Origin: Phoronis australis | Lineage: Eukaryota; Animalia; Phoronida | Length of the DNA stretch: 64,000 nucleotides | Direction: 5' to 3' | Assembly (NCBI GenBank): GCA_002633005.1 | Contig: NMRA01000388.1 | Coordinates: forward strand, 62,001 to 126,000 | Shown here: one piece after another, positions 39,549 through 51,600 of the stretch | Position numbering within the stretch: the stretch's first letter is position 1 | How the letters are laid out: each line of letters begins with the position of its first letter | Notes under the pieces: generated by a model | Told to the model about the DNA's origin: nothing | Database searches by the model: none | Seen by the model: the letters and a program-made list of their open reading frames with translations, nothing else | Program-made: the position numbers and the translations under genes

Positions 39549-41119
39549 CAGCCACGTGGCAAGCACTGAAACCTGGGGCTACATCAGTCTTCCTTTTGTG
39601 AATTTAGGTCAGAGGTATATATGTATACAAATGTGTCCCTCTATGATTTTTTGTGTCACTGATTACAAAAGGGAATTTCTGGTTTCCAAGTAGGTTAAAT
39701 ACCTTTTTGGTAGCCAAATTCTGACCTGATTGGTGGCACACTTTCACTAGAGTAGAGAACCACCCCTCCCTTCTGATGAAATTAAACCAAACAAAAGGCG
39801 TTTTTTGGGAAAATTTTTGTCAAAAGGTGAGTTTTTCAAGGAGTTTCTTACAGATGGGCCCCTTTGCCGGTACTGCGATATAGAGTCCACTCTCTAAATG
39901 GGTGTGCATCATAATTTTCCAAATCAGAAGTACCTTCCCGACTTCCCGTAGTAGTCTTTAGACTATAGTTAATTGTCAACACGGGGTACGACTCTATTCG
40001 TTTGCACAACCTACACTGATAGTACACAAATCGAGCACACCCGGCCAACAAAAAGGACAACTTACTTCGCTTTCACTAAAGTGACGGTTTCTTGCAACTT
40101 GGTCCATTGAAATATGTCTACAGCAAAACTCCAGGTCACGTTTACAATCGACAACAAATTCAGACATCGTGACATCGATCCCAGTACACTAGCTTGCACC
40201 AAGAAGTTCCATTTAATGTCGCGCTTCTTCTGACCGCCATGTTGGCTTAACTCTTTTGCACTCGCCGACACGCGCTTACACTTTGCTGTTGGTCGTACTC
40301 ATGTTTGGTGAAAGGAATTCCTGGAATGCACCATCACAAGAAATTGTCGTCGCCGTACCCATCTTCGTTATTAGTACTTGCTGATCGTACAAATTCCTTG
40401 AAGCCATCCCGAATGCACATTTCCGGGACACCCGTGTTCAGTAACTCCTGTTTTTGTCTCTTGGAATACTAAGTCGATATATGATTGACAGCCTTTATTC
40501 TTGTCAGTCACCTCAAAACATGACGATCTCATTGGTTTAGTCAACACACTGTAAAACCTTAACACTTATTGGTTCTTTTAAGAAGATCCACACGAGTTCG
40601 ACAGCATCATTGACGCGTCAGCATGTCAAAAATGACTCGTCACGTGTCAGAAAAGACCCGTCACAAGGTGACGCTAGGGGGCGTTCCATAGCTAGCCAGC
40701 CAGCCGCGTGTGCTTGCAATTGCCTTAAACGGGCTGCCAAAGTGCTTTTTATTAGTCTTCTGATGTTTGTCAATACATATTTGTGTCCGGAATCCACTCC
40801 AATGTAACAGTTACTGAATTAAGACGAAGGACAACGTACCGTGGATCACAAAAAACGAAATAACATTTTGAAGATTACTAGTATATCAATTTTTTAGGCC
40901 TACTCACAGGCGAAACTTGCATAATGACTGTACAAAATCCGACTTCGAAAGTATTTCTGAACTCATACCGGATGAGAAAATGAACAAATCAGTTTTTTAC
41001 CGATTCTACGCTAATCTCTCATCTACAGAGTGCAAATTCCATTGCAAAGAGTCGACAGCCAGGCGATCGGCAACATTTCATCTCACTGACAGCACTGTAC
41101 GTCGATCCATTTTCTGAAC

Positions 41120-41420
41120 ACAAGAGACGTGGAAAATTTTTCGAGAAACAACATGAGATTTGGATCAGCAACCTCTAAGTACTCCTGGTAGTCACCTAGG
41201 CTATCGGCAAATCCGATGGCAAAATGAATTCAGCCACAAACTTGACTTCAAAATGAGCTATGCGCTCAAATAGTGGCTTCCGGACGATCGTTAACATAGG
41301 CCTGAACGGGGCAACCTTCAAACTTCAAGAGACGTGGAAAAATTTTCACCATTGGCGCTGACATTTGGCGGTAACATGTCTTAACATACACTCTATGTGA
41401 CAGGCTATCGGCAAATTGTG
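41120..41420. repeat. Diverged tandem dimer, ~205-bp period, in the palindrome spacer
   Basis: CAAGAGACGTGGAAAA at 41121 and 41326; GGCTATCGGCAAAT at 41199 and 41403. Confidence 0.65.
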
Positions 41421-41819
41421 TAGTTATCTCCCCTTGCTTATAAATTTCTGATTTTTGCCTGCTCTTGTGTATTTCTTATGGAGGGCTGCTGGCAAGATTT
41501 AGCGCATGCGCAGTAGTGCATGTTACAAATTTCTGGCGTTTGTGACGTACATGACCGGGGTGTGTACCGGGGGATACAAATACAGTGCTATTTAGAATGA
41601 AAAGGAAATGAGATTCCACAAAAAAAACGATCGATCGTGCACAGCACAATTTATCAAAAGATTCGGCCCACACAACCAAAAAGAGATTGAGGGTTTTGTC
41701 ATAATTAACAGACAAAAGACTGTGCTTGGCAGTTAACAAAGAAGGTAGATGTTATCACACGCTCATAACCCCCTACGTCTGGTAAAGTCACTGAACGGAA
41801 AAACGCTCTCATGTTCGTC

Positions 41820-43123
41820 TTTACGTCTTAATCGGCCTTTATCCAAACCACTTCGCCGAGAAGTGTTGCGTTAACCTGTGAGGAAGGTGAGTACACGGCG
41901 CAGCGACGACAATGGTTCTTCTGAGCTGAGTGTGTAAAGCTATAGCGTGACGTATCGTTTCCCCTAATGTGCTAACCGTGACCTGCTAGGAAAGCGGTAG
42001 TACCGATTTTTCGATTTTCTCGAGAATCCAAAATGCTTCGGAAGTGGTTTGTGACTTCTAGAATGAAGAGCAGGCAGTTAATACCAGGTGTGAGGCCGTG
42101 AAATATCCCCGTGACTGTTGCCGACAATGATCTGTTTCAAAATGAATTATTCTCACCTTAACCAACGTTTAATAAAACTGAAACAAAGCGTCTCTAAATA
42201 GCCTACTGTCTCAGTACATGCAATTTGTAATGCCTTTGGAGTGTTCGTGAGTGTAAAATATTTTGAAAAATCAACAATGAATAATGCAACATAACTGGGC
42301 ACCCGAGACCGTGTGAGCACTTGCTTAAAGAAAGCTTTTGTGAAACATTAACTCGGTTTTATATGGTATGGTCAGACCTTAAGGGAATCTTTATTTAAAT
42401 ATACATACATTATTCGAATCACTGTTATTGCACACCGTTTGCCCTGTACGGGTCAAGGGAAGGCCGGGAACCCGGCTTCGCAGCCTCAGACGTGTAAGTA
42501 GATTTGCAATTTTGCGGCGTTTTTACCAAAATGTTCACGTGCACATCATTTGTCGTGGTTCCCAATCCAGAACTTTCGTGACTGGAAGTTTTGTTTTCAA
42601 CTTTTGCAACGACTAACCCGGCTGGTTTATGTTTTCGATGTCTCCCATCTGGCCGCCGATGACGGGCCTTTGAGCCCTGGGTTATAACGAATGTTTTGTG
42701 TGTTTAGAACTGAAAAAATTCGTAAGTCTAAAATTACAACACACGTTTATGCTTTCATGTTTGTAATTCACGGAGGAATAATCCTAATTTATCACAACAC
42801 AACTTCTGTAAGCTGCCCTACCGTAACATCGAAACTAAACATCTCGTTTGTTTAAACTCAGTGTATTTGTTAGGGTTTTGCATCGCCGAATTTTCGCAAT
42901 TTATTGATGTAAAATGACGAAGTCAAGCGATAAGCTGACACCAGTAATCCTGTTGTGAACGATTGATCAGACGTGCTAGAACCTATGACGTCATTGGTTA
43001 ATTTCAGCACCTCTGTCTGCCGTCTGGTGTCAGGTAAAAGAACTGAACATGCTGTTATCAAATGGAACTCTGTGACTCGTTCTAAATTGATGAAAAATAC
43101 GTTGTTTTTGGTGGCATTCTGCT
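41820..43123. mobile_element. Kolobok-like non-autonomous element, copy 2 (left end not resolved)
   Basis: Colinear with 23825-25608; ends GGTGGCATTCTGCT followed by TTAA at 43124-43127. Confidence 0.7.
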
Positions 43124-45508
43124 TTAAAGTCCTTCTCTCACGCGTTGTTAACCCTTATTACATGGTTAGAAGATGTTATAAGGATCCAAGAAGTACCTAC
43201 CCCATAACAAATACACGATCCGTACTCGAAAACAGTTTAAATGAACGCGCCACTCACGATTCGCACCCGAAGAAACACCGCCATTTTGAACTTGCCGCGA
43301 ACCCGGAAGTACAATTCATTCAGGAACCCAGGCCGAGAAAACGCCGTCAGTGCGACTGGAGCAGTGCCTGTACTGTTACCAGCCAGCAAACGGGGATAAA
43401 AAAATCGACAGCGCGCCTTAATTTTGATAAAATCAAACTACGGACAATTTTATGGAATTTGCTGAAGAAATGTGGCGAATAAATTTTGACAGAAATTATT
43501 TTGCCAGACTCGGGACCGCAGCCTATCGGACCCGGTGCGGATCGAGACCAGACACTGGCGAACGGTAAATGCATGCGGTTGCAAGCTGTTTTGTCGAAGT
43601 AAAATAGTCAAATCATAAATGCTGCATATATTCAAGGGTAGTTTCAGACACTTGCATGAAATTACGGGCTGGTTAGTCCTGTGTCACACTGCCGCGGCAG
43701 ACCTTAGTTAGCCTCAGTCACCAGCTACCAGTGAAGACTATAGTCAAAATACAGCTTGTTAGTAGGCCTATACAGCTTTGCGCCAAGACTACCCTTAGGC
43801 CTAACTGGTCGCTGGCCACAAACACAAAAAACACGAAAATTGAACAAAGTTTCTTTTTTGTAGCAACGTTTGTCAAAATGTATCAACGTTAAATCTTCAC
43901 AAATTACAAAGTAGCCGATTGAACATGCCTTTCAGTTCAGCAAAAGTCGACATTGTAGGTGCCGCCAGAAATGAGACGAAGTCCAACGGGAATTGTGAGC
44001 ACATTTATCACTTAATGAGTAACAACTGCGGGGCTGAAATTTGGTGAACACTGCTAAATCGTGCAGAATAGTAAGTAAAGTTATGTCTAACAAAATGTCA
44101 CCGTAATTTGTTGGCGAAAACAATTTACACAAAGTTTTAAACTCGTAACTCATCCCGCTGTCCTCCAATATGGCCAACGCGATCCAAACAAAGTGACCCA
44201 AATTTCGCCACAAAACTTGCAATAACTTTACAGTGCTTGCCCCGATTTTGATACTTTTTCGATTTTTACTGTGGAGAATGTACTACCTTTCCGATGACAG
44301 CAAAGTACTATCTCAAAACGAGGAAAAAAATAAAACTGAAAAAATAGGTTCGACCCATATTGGTTCCTAGGTTCGACCGGCCTACGTAAGAAACTAAACA
44401 CCAATGCTATTTTAACATACTAAGTACGCGTAACATTTCAAAAAAATCAACGACCACAAACTACAAACTATAAATACACTACATATGCAAACGAATCACG
44501 ATATATTACTAATAAAACAATATAATGAAGATTTTTTGAGCAAGCCATAGCACATTCAGTTACAAGGAAAAAATGGCGGCGTTCAGGACAAGTTCCTGAA
44601 CTGATGAGCCGGAAATGTGGGTACGGAAATAACCGATGACAACCGATAATCATACGCTCAAAGAAAAGGGTCAAATACGGTTAAAAAATCGCTTTTGGCA
44701 AGAAAGGCGAAAAGAATGTAAAGAAAAGGTGTCGAAAATAAGATTTTATGTAGTAAGTATTTTCGGATACTAGAACCACATGGGCAGTTTGCAACAAGGA
44801 CTTTAAGACAATTCTGTCCGAACATAATACCAACGCACTGTTCATAAGCGGTCGGTAATACGCATGGTAGACAATGAACAGGTTCCTGGGCCTAATATTC
44901 TGACGTCACTGATAGGATGTGACCAGCCCAGAGGTCCTGTGTATGGAACGCCCCTAGCGTCACCTTGTGACGGGTCTTTTCTGACACGTGACGAGTCATT
45001 TTTGACACGCTGACGCGTCAATGATGCTGTCGAACTGGTGTGGATGTTCTTAAAAGAACCAATCAGTGTTAAGGTTTTACAGTGTGTTGACTAAACCAAT
45101 GAGATCGTCATGTTTTGAGGTGACTGACAAGAACAAAGACTGCCAATCATATATCGACTTAGTATTCCAAGAGACAAAAACAGGAGTTACTGAACTCGGA
45201 AGTGTCCCGGAAATGTGCATTCGGGATGGCTTCAAGGAATTTGTACGATCAGCAAGTACTAATAACGAAGATGGGTACGGCGACGACAATTTCTTGTGAT
45301 GGTGCATTCCAGGAATTCCGCCCGTTCACCAAACATGAGTACGACCAACAGCAAAGCGTAAGCGCGTGTCGGCGAGTGCAAAAGAGTTAAGCCAACATGG
45401 CGGTCAGAAGAAGCGCGACATTTATAATGGAACTTCTTGGTGCACGCTTGTGTACTGGGATCGATGTCACGATGTCTGAATTTGTTGTCGATTGTAAACG
45501 TGACATGG

Positions 45509-45620
45509 GCCCGGTCTTCAATCTTTTACTCGAAATGGAACTCGAAATTAGGTTTGGCATTTTCTACTCTACTTTTGGGCGAACTCAAGATAAGTGTCTA
45601 TTATTCTATGCTCGAGTACA
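45509..45620. mobile_element. One arm of the 1403-1803 MITE family, specific to copy 2
   Basis: GGCCCGGTCTTCAATCTTTTACTCGAAATGGAACTCGAAATTAGG... matches the reverse complement of ~1690-1803; adjoins a ~730-bp deletion relative to copy 1. Confidence 0.85.
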
Positions 45621-47664
45621 CCATTTTCTCCTTTACCGTAACTAATGTCGCTGAACAGGTGGAATATATGTGAAGGGTTAATTGATTATTGGGTGGTGAA
45701 ACTGATCGCACATAGTTAAAAAGGTTGATTAAAATTGACATTGTTTTATTCAATTGTAGAACTTGATTTGAATGCAGTGCAAATTTTTATGAACATGAAC
45801 GTGATTATTGAGTGAACTTGTCAAGTTGCTTCGCGTATTCCAAGTTCACGCAACACTCACTTCCGCTTAATCTTGAGATTAAGCAGGATTCCAAGTTCAC
45901 GTACAGCAGCTCAAGGCAAGTTTCGGCCTCAGAGTGGCTTACCCAAAAAATTCTGCCCCGTCTCACACACTATATAGTGAAAAAGACTCATATCTTGAAT
46001 GAATGTGGCCAAAAGCTGGCAAATTCCTTTAATGTGTCACGTTACTGAATGAACGGTACTCCAATAGGCACGAACACTGAACCTTCATACTAGTACCCCA
46101 GATTTTTGGGTGATCTGTCAATCTTGCATTCTTGTGTGAAAGGTGTTTACTAAAAATTTGCACCAGTCCCTATAACAGGACGCCCACATTTCTTCAAAAA
46201 GCCCTTGCGGCGAGTTTACTCTCATGTTTGAGTCGTTTCCTATGATTAATAGATTTGGCCCAGCCATCTATTACACAGAAATTGATGTTGAGACAAAAAT
46301 TTTCCCAGTGTCTTGCAATGTGCCTGGCCCTTCCAGAGTAACAGTTTGATAAATAACTTATTGTTATTTTACAGGTTGACTAGTTTAACTAGAAGTATAC
46401 AAAACGCTGTTGTTGGTGGTGGTGTTGATCAGGCTTATGCAGCAAAACTATTGAATTTTGCTAGGAGGTTAATGGAGGAGGCAGATCAAGCTGCATATGA
46501 ATCAAGTGAGCATCATTTTTGGGGTATTGTAGTTTTGGCCTTGTAAATCTATTGAATGAGTACTAGTAATATGACTACCTCTTTTTAACACAGTGTAATT
46601 TTAACAATTGAACCGATGCTTATTAAAGGTACCAGCACTATGTCACCTTTACCTTGAGATCCCTCTACTGTGGGTAATAGCATTTTCAGGTTATTCCTAT
46701 GTGCATGACTAGGTGTTCAGTACTGCCAGATTTATTGCACGAGTTAATAGAGAACTTACGGATGACTGGTTACTGAATAATTAGTACCAAAAACATGCTT
46801 GAAAATGATTCCATACAGATGTCCCTCGTTTTACATGACCAAAACTCACCTGTGTGCATTTCAGCGTGATATTGTTTACGAATGTATGTGTATTTGGTAT
46901 CCTGTAACTGGCGATATGCGAAAGCTCTCTATTCTTTTGTTTAACATTTCAGTGTGTGATGTTTATTACATGTGAAAACACATGTACATTGCAGGGGCAA
47001 CGATATTTGGGCACAATCAAAGTTTGACAGAACCTCATCTCACTTAGAGTGTATGATAAAGGCAAACTTCACACGACAAGAGATTGCCGAATCAATGGGA
47101 GTTACTTCCTCTACCATATCACGTCGACTGAAGTATGTAATAATTTCATTACCACTGTTCAAGAATTGACACTGTCTCCTGACTAGTGCTTAAGCTGCTA
47201 CCAATTTGATGGACAGGGCTTTTAATTAGTGGTGATTAATGCAATTGTATCATTTTTGTGGTATAGTAAAGAATCTTTAGATTGTTTCTGGTAAATCTCA
47301 TCCATTGAACATTGGAAACCATGAATTGCGTGATCCTACACGGTATCATGTACAGAGTGTGGAAATTAGGCGAAATTCAAGGTGGCGGAAGCCGCCATCT
47401 TGAACTATAAAAAATGCTCAAAGTTGCACAAAGTGCAACCAAGTTACTTTTATTCTCCTAACCATATATAAATAATAAATTTCCAAAAGAAAACTTTACA
47501 GTAAACAACTTTGCAGGGTCAACTTTTTGGCAACTAGACTACTGCTTTTCAACTTTTTGGCAAACTGTGTCAAACCCCGTTAAACAGTAATAGTGCAGTT
47601 ACTATCCCTATTTGACTTATTTTACATTTTGTATTTATGTAACTGTTAAGCAATCACTTGAAGT

Positions 47665-47956
47665 AGTATGCACACTCTTGACAGTTGTATCCTAAAGCCA
47701 CGCATGGTGCATAGGCTTCGACGTTAATATGTTGATGTTTCTTCGTCCTCAGGGAGTATGCCAAGTCTTCAAGACAATACAATGAGGTTGCGGACTCACA
47801 ACTAGACTCAAGTATGCACACTCTTGACAGTTGTATCCTAAAGCCACGCATGGTGCATAGGCTTCGACGTTAATATGTCGATGTTTTTTCGTCCTCAGGG
47901 AGTATGCCAAGTCTTCAAGACAAGACAATGAGGTTGCGGACTCACAACTAGACTCA
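47665..47956. repeat. 146-bp tandem duplication specific to copy 2
   Basis: 47665-47810 repeats at 47811-47956 with few differences; a single unit in copy 1 (~37225-37371). Confidence 0.9.
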
Positions 47957-49303
47957 GCTGTTGGAGGCACAGTTGGTTTGTATTGTTAAATTGCACTTCA
48001 AAGTTCAACTAAATTATTTATCAGTGGATTATAATTACCGTAAAAACCTGCAAATAAGCGCATGTGAAACAAGTCAATGCATTTTTTGCCAAACTTTCCT
48101 ACTCAAATGTTCCCCACGTGCACATATATGTGCATGTACTTAAGCTTCGCAATTATGTGCGTGCGAGTCACCTCATACAGATGCACCATGGTGCTCCGAT
48201 TTTAGACCAACTCTTCTTGTTTTTGAAAAAACACCATTCCACCCAACTCTGGGAGTAACAAAAATAGGAGTAATTGTCCAAAAATATACCAAAATTGTAC
48301 TTTTATAGTAAGTCTTGAATGGGCATTGAGAAAACTAAAGTACCATGTGCATTAATAGTTCGACCATCATAATCAGAGCAAGTTCTACTTAAATGTTGGA
48401 GGCACATGTGCTCAGTTGCAGGCTAAAGAAACGAACATACCAAATGACGTGCGAGACAAGATTTCAGTACTATGTCGTATGAAATTTAATTGTGCCCAGG
48501 GCGTGTAGTGTGCTCCAAAAATGAGCCCTGTAAATTTGTTGTTTACTTTCAATATGGTTCTCAAGATGTTTTCTGAAACAGAGCACTGGAACAAAATGCT
48601 TTAATGTGATGTTAAAACATACATACGATGTTTATGTCAAGAAGAAAAATGCATGCATGTGACAGCAGTAATTTTAAATGCATTTAATCTAGCCCCAAGC
48701 TGTGAATTTTCATGTTATGTTCTCTATAGTGGAGGTACTGTTTGTTCTTTAACCAGAATTGTCATGAATGCTTTGAAAAATGGAATGGAACTTTCAAATG
48801 TATACAGATGCTGCTTAAGCCCTTGTCACATTCGTGGTATGATGCTAGCAGGGCAACAAAAATGCTGTTGTACGATAGTCTTCTGTATTGACATATTCGC
48901 AGTCACATTTGTTGTACAAATGTCCTACGACATTAAACCAAGGTGTTGCAAGACATTGTACGCCTGATATCCAATGATGTTATGATATGTAGTCATATGT
49001 TAATGTTCGATGGTCCCAGAGCATGTACGTGATGGTAAAACGTTTGGGGGACTGTCGGTTGTCTTGTACGATTGTAGGACTATTCTAGACTCGGATAACC
49101 CAAAGATCGTATGTCAGTCGTACAACTATCATACAACAAATATGAGGCATCACACCACAGTGTTACGATATAGATCTGTTGTAGAACTGTTGTACGACGT
49201 TGAAATGATTTTGAACAAGTTCAAATTTCCCGACGCTGTTCTTGGCATGCAATGCGGTAAAATCTCACTAATTTCAGACCATAATAATTGCCAAAACCGT
49301 CCA

Positions 49304-50598
49304 TTTTATGCGCCCACATGTTTATGTGCGTCCGCATCTGTATCTCCTAAACCCCTCACAGGATCTTGAAGAGATTTGATAGATGTGTTTCTATGAAGCT
49401 GGCAACAGATGATGACAAATTTCAGACCTATCCGACTACCGGTGTGCCCCCTAGTGGCAATTTTATTTTTTACGCTTATTTCTATATCTTCAGAGATCCT
49501 AAAATGATTTTCATAAAATTTGAAATATAGGCATCTATCAGTGAGATGACGCTAACCTCTCGTTTTCAGATATATTTGCGGTATTTTGAACCACCTAGTG
49601 GCCATTTTTGTTGTCTTCGAGTCTGTTTTTTGGCGTCTGCCCCTCTATCAACCAAATTACTCCTAGGATGATTATGAAAATTGGCATATAGGTTGTTACT
49701 ATGACGAGGACAGCTGACGATGATTTTCTGACGACTTCAACTGCTATGGCTGTATCTCCTTAACGCTATGCAGGATCTGTACTAAATTGAGGTAGTGTAT
49801 TTGTATGAAGTTGACAACAAACTACGACGGCTTTCAGACTGATCGGACTATCGGTGTGCCCCCTAGTGGCAATTTTTATTTTTTATGTTCACCTCTATCT
49901 TCAAATGTCCTCAACGGATTTTCATGAAATTTTTCACATGGACTTCAATTAGTGGTATGACACCATTTTTCGGCAATTTCATTTTTTTCATTTTCCTCTG
50001 TTTCTATAAAGATCCTTGATGGATTTGTATGAAATTTTGTAAATAGGTTTCTATTAAAGAAGTGGTGACATTTTCCTATTTTGTTATGGGTTGGACGTAT
50101 TTTGCGCCATTTAGTGGCAATTTTTACTGTTTTCTTGTCTATTTTTGGCGTCTGCCCCTCTATGAACCCTACATACCACTCTAAGGATGTTTGTGAAAAT
50201 TAGCACATATGTTCTTAGTGTGAAGAGGATGGTTAACCGTGTTTTTCCGAGGACTTCGCCTACTGTGGCATTTTTTGCAGACATAGCTGTACTCTCCTAA
50301 ACACACTGCAGAAGTTGACTACGGACGATGATAACGATTTTCAGACGGATGTAATCAGTGATGTGCCCCTTGGTGACAATTTCATTTTTTCTGTTTTCCT
50401 CTGTTTCTCTGAAGTTCCTTGACGGATTTTATGAAATCTGATAGCTTTCTATTAAAGACCTGTTTCCGCTTTCGGATGACTTCAACGTATTTTGCGCCAT
50501 CTAGTGGCCATTTTTCTGATAGAAATAAATACCCTTAGAAGCACTCCATTTTCTGAGCATTTGTTGGCGCATTTCAACGCCCTGCATTGCTCTTGTTT
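49304..50598. mobile_element. HINE-like tandem-core element in copy 2 with reverse-oriented CTCF-like motifs
   Basis: Mirror of 34385-35762. GTGCCCCCTAGTGG near 49444 and 49856, GCGCCATTTAGTGG near 50104, GCGCCATCTAGTGG near 50494; some small deletions. Confidence 0.75.
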
Positions 50599-50909
50599 AT
50601 TTTTAAAGGCTTCTAATGTTGTGAATGCTCACAATTTTTCAAAACTTTGTTTGATGGTAGCTATGGTACAAAACTTGAAAATGAGAAAGCAATAGTTTGG
50701 GGATACTAATGTTCTATGCAAAAAGCAGAAAATAAAATGTCAGTTGTGTGCCATCTTGTGTCCCAAATGTTGTACCACGGTCTCTTCACTATCGTGATTT
50801 TCCTTAACTTCTGTCACTGACACATCATATACTGTCCCGTCATACGACAAATGCGATGGGCTTAAGTCAGCTGTAATTTCACCTCATGGTTTCTGCTTAT
50901 TTGTTTAAA

Positions 50910-51600
50910 GGTATTTAGTGGGTCACGAATGATCAAGTTTCAACTATAATTTCTGATAAAAGATAGTAGCCCCTGTGAGACCGAGTGCCTTAGTGCAGTA
51001 CTGCAAATGTGCTTACATGGGGTGCCACAAATGTTTGTTGCTAATGTGCATATCACATTTTTAATATTAAATACTAACTGTTCAGAAACATGGCTATATT
51101 TTTCCTGTCTTACATACACTATAAGTACATCTTTTGTTTTAGATACTGGAATAGACAGTGACACTCGGTTCCTGGTGTATGGGAAAGCATCCTTTAACAA
51201 CTGTTCTACAACTGTCCTTGATTGCTTTCAAAAAGCGGTAATGAAGTAAGGTGTACCCTCGCGAGTTAGATGTGACCATGGTGCATTCATGGAAATGTTC
51301 CGTGGCCTGGACAGAGGGAGTGCCATTCAAGGAAAAAGTGTGCACAATCCGAGGACAGGAAGACTGTGGCGAGATATGTGGCGTGGTGTCACCAATGTGT
51401 ACAATGAGATGTTTCAGTTTTTAGAGGAGAAACGTGTTTTGGATCCGGATGATCAGCTGTCCTTTTGGTGCTTGCACTATGTGTTTTTACTCAAAATTAA
51501 TCAATCATTGAAAGCCTTTTAAAGTCAATGGAACCACCATGGTTTGTGAACAGAGAAGGGCAAGTCATCATACTGGCTGTTTGTTCTGCAAGTGTTGGCA
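50910..51600 (+). pseudogene. IS3EU DDE transposase core remnant, copy 2
   Basis: Same stops and substitutions as copy 1 (ORFs 51007-51249 and 51289-51522). Confidence 0.85.

Larger units (their letters stand above)
31032..40690 (-). mobile_element. IS3EU-type DNA transposon, defective, copy 1 (9659 bp)
   Basis: ~58-bp imperfect TIRs starting TATGGAACGCCCCTAGCGTCACCTT (TAY...RTA termini typical of IS3EU), integrase-core and HTH remnants inside; reverse complement of 44942-53952. Confidence 0.85.

Noticed and set aside
42973-43482. 169-aa ORF as cargo gene in the palindrome spacer
   Set aside because: It spans the end of a Kolobok-like element and adjacent repeat sequence, with no recognisable domain.
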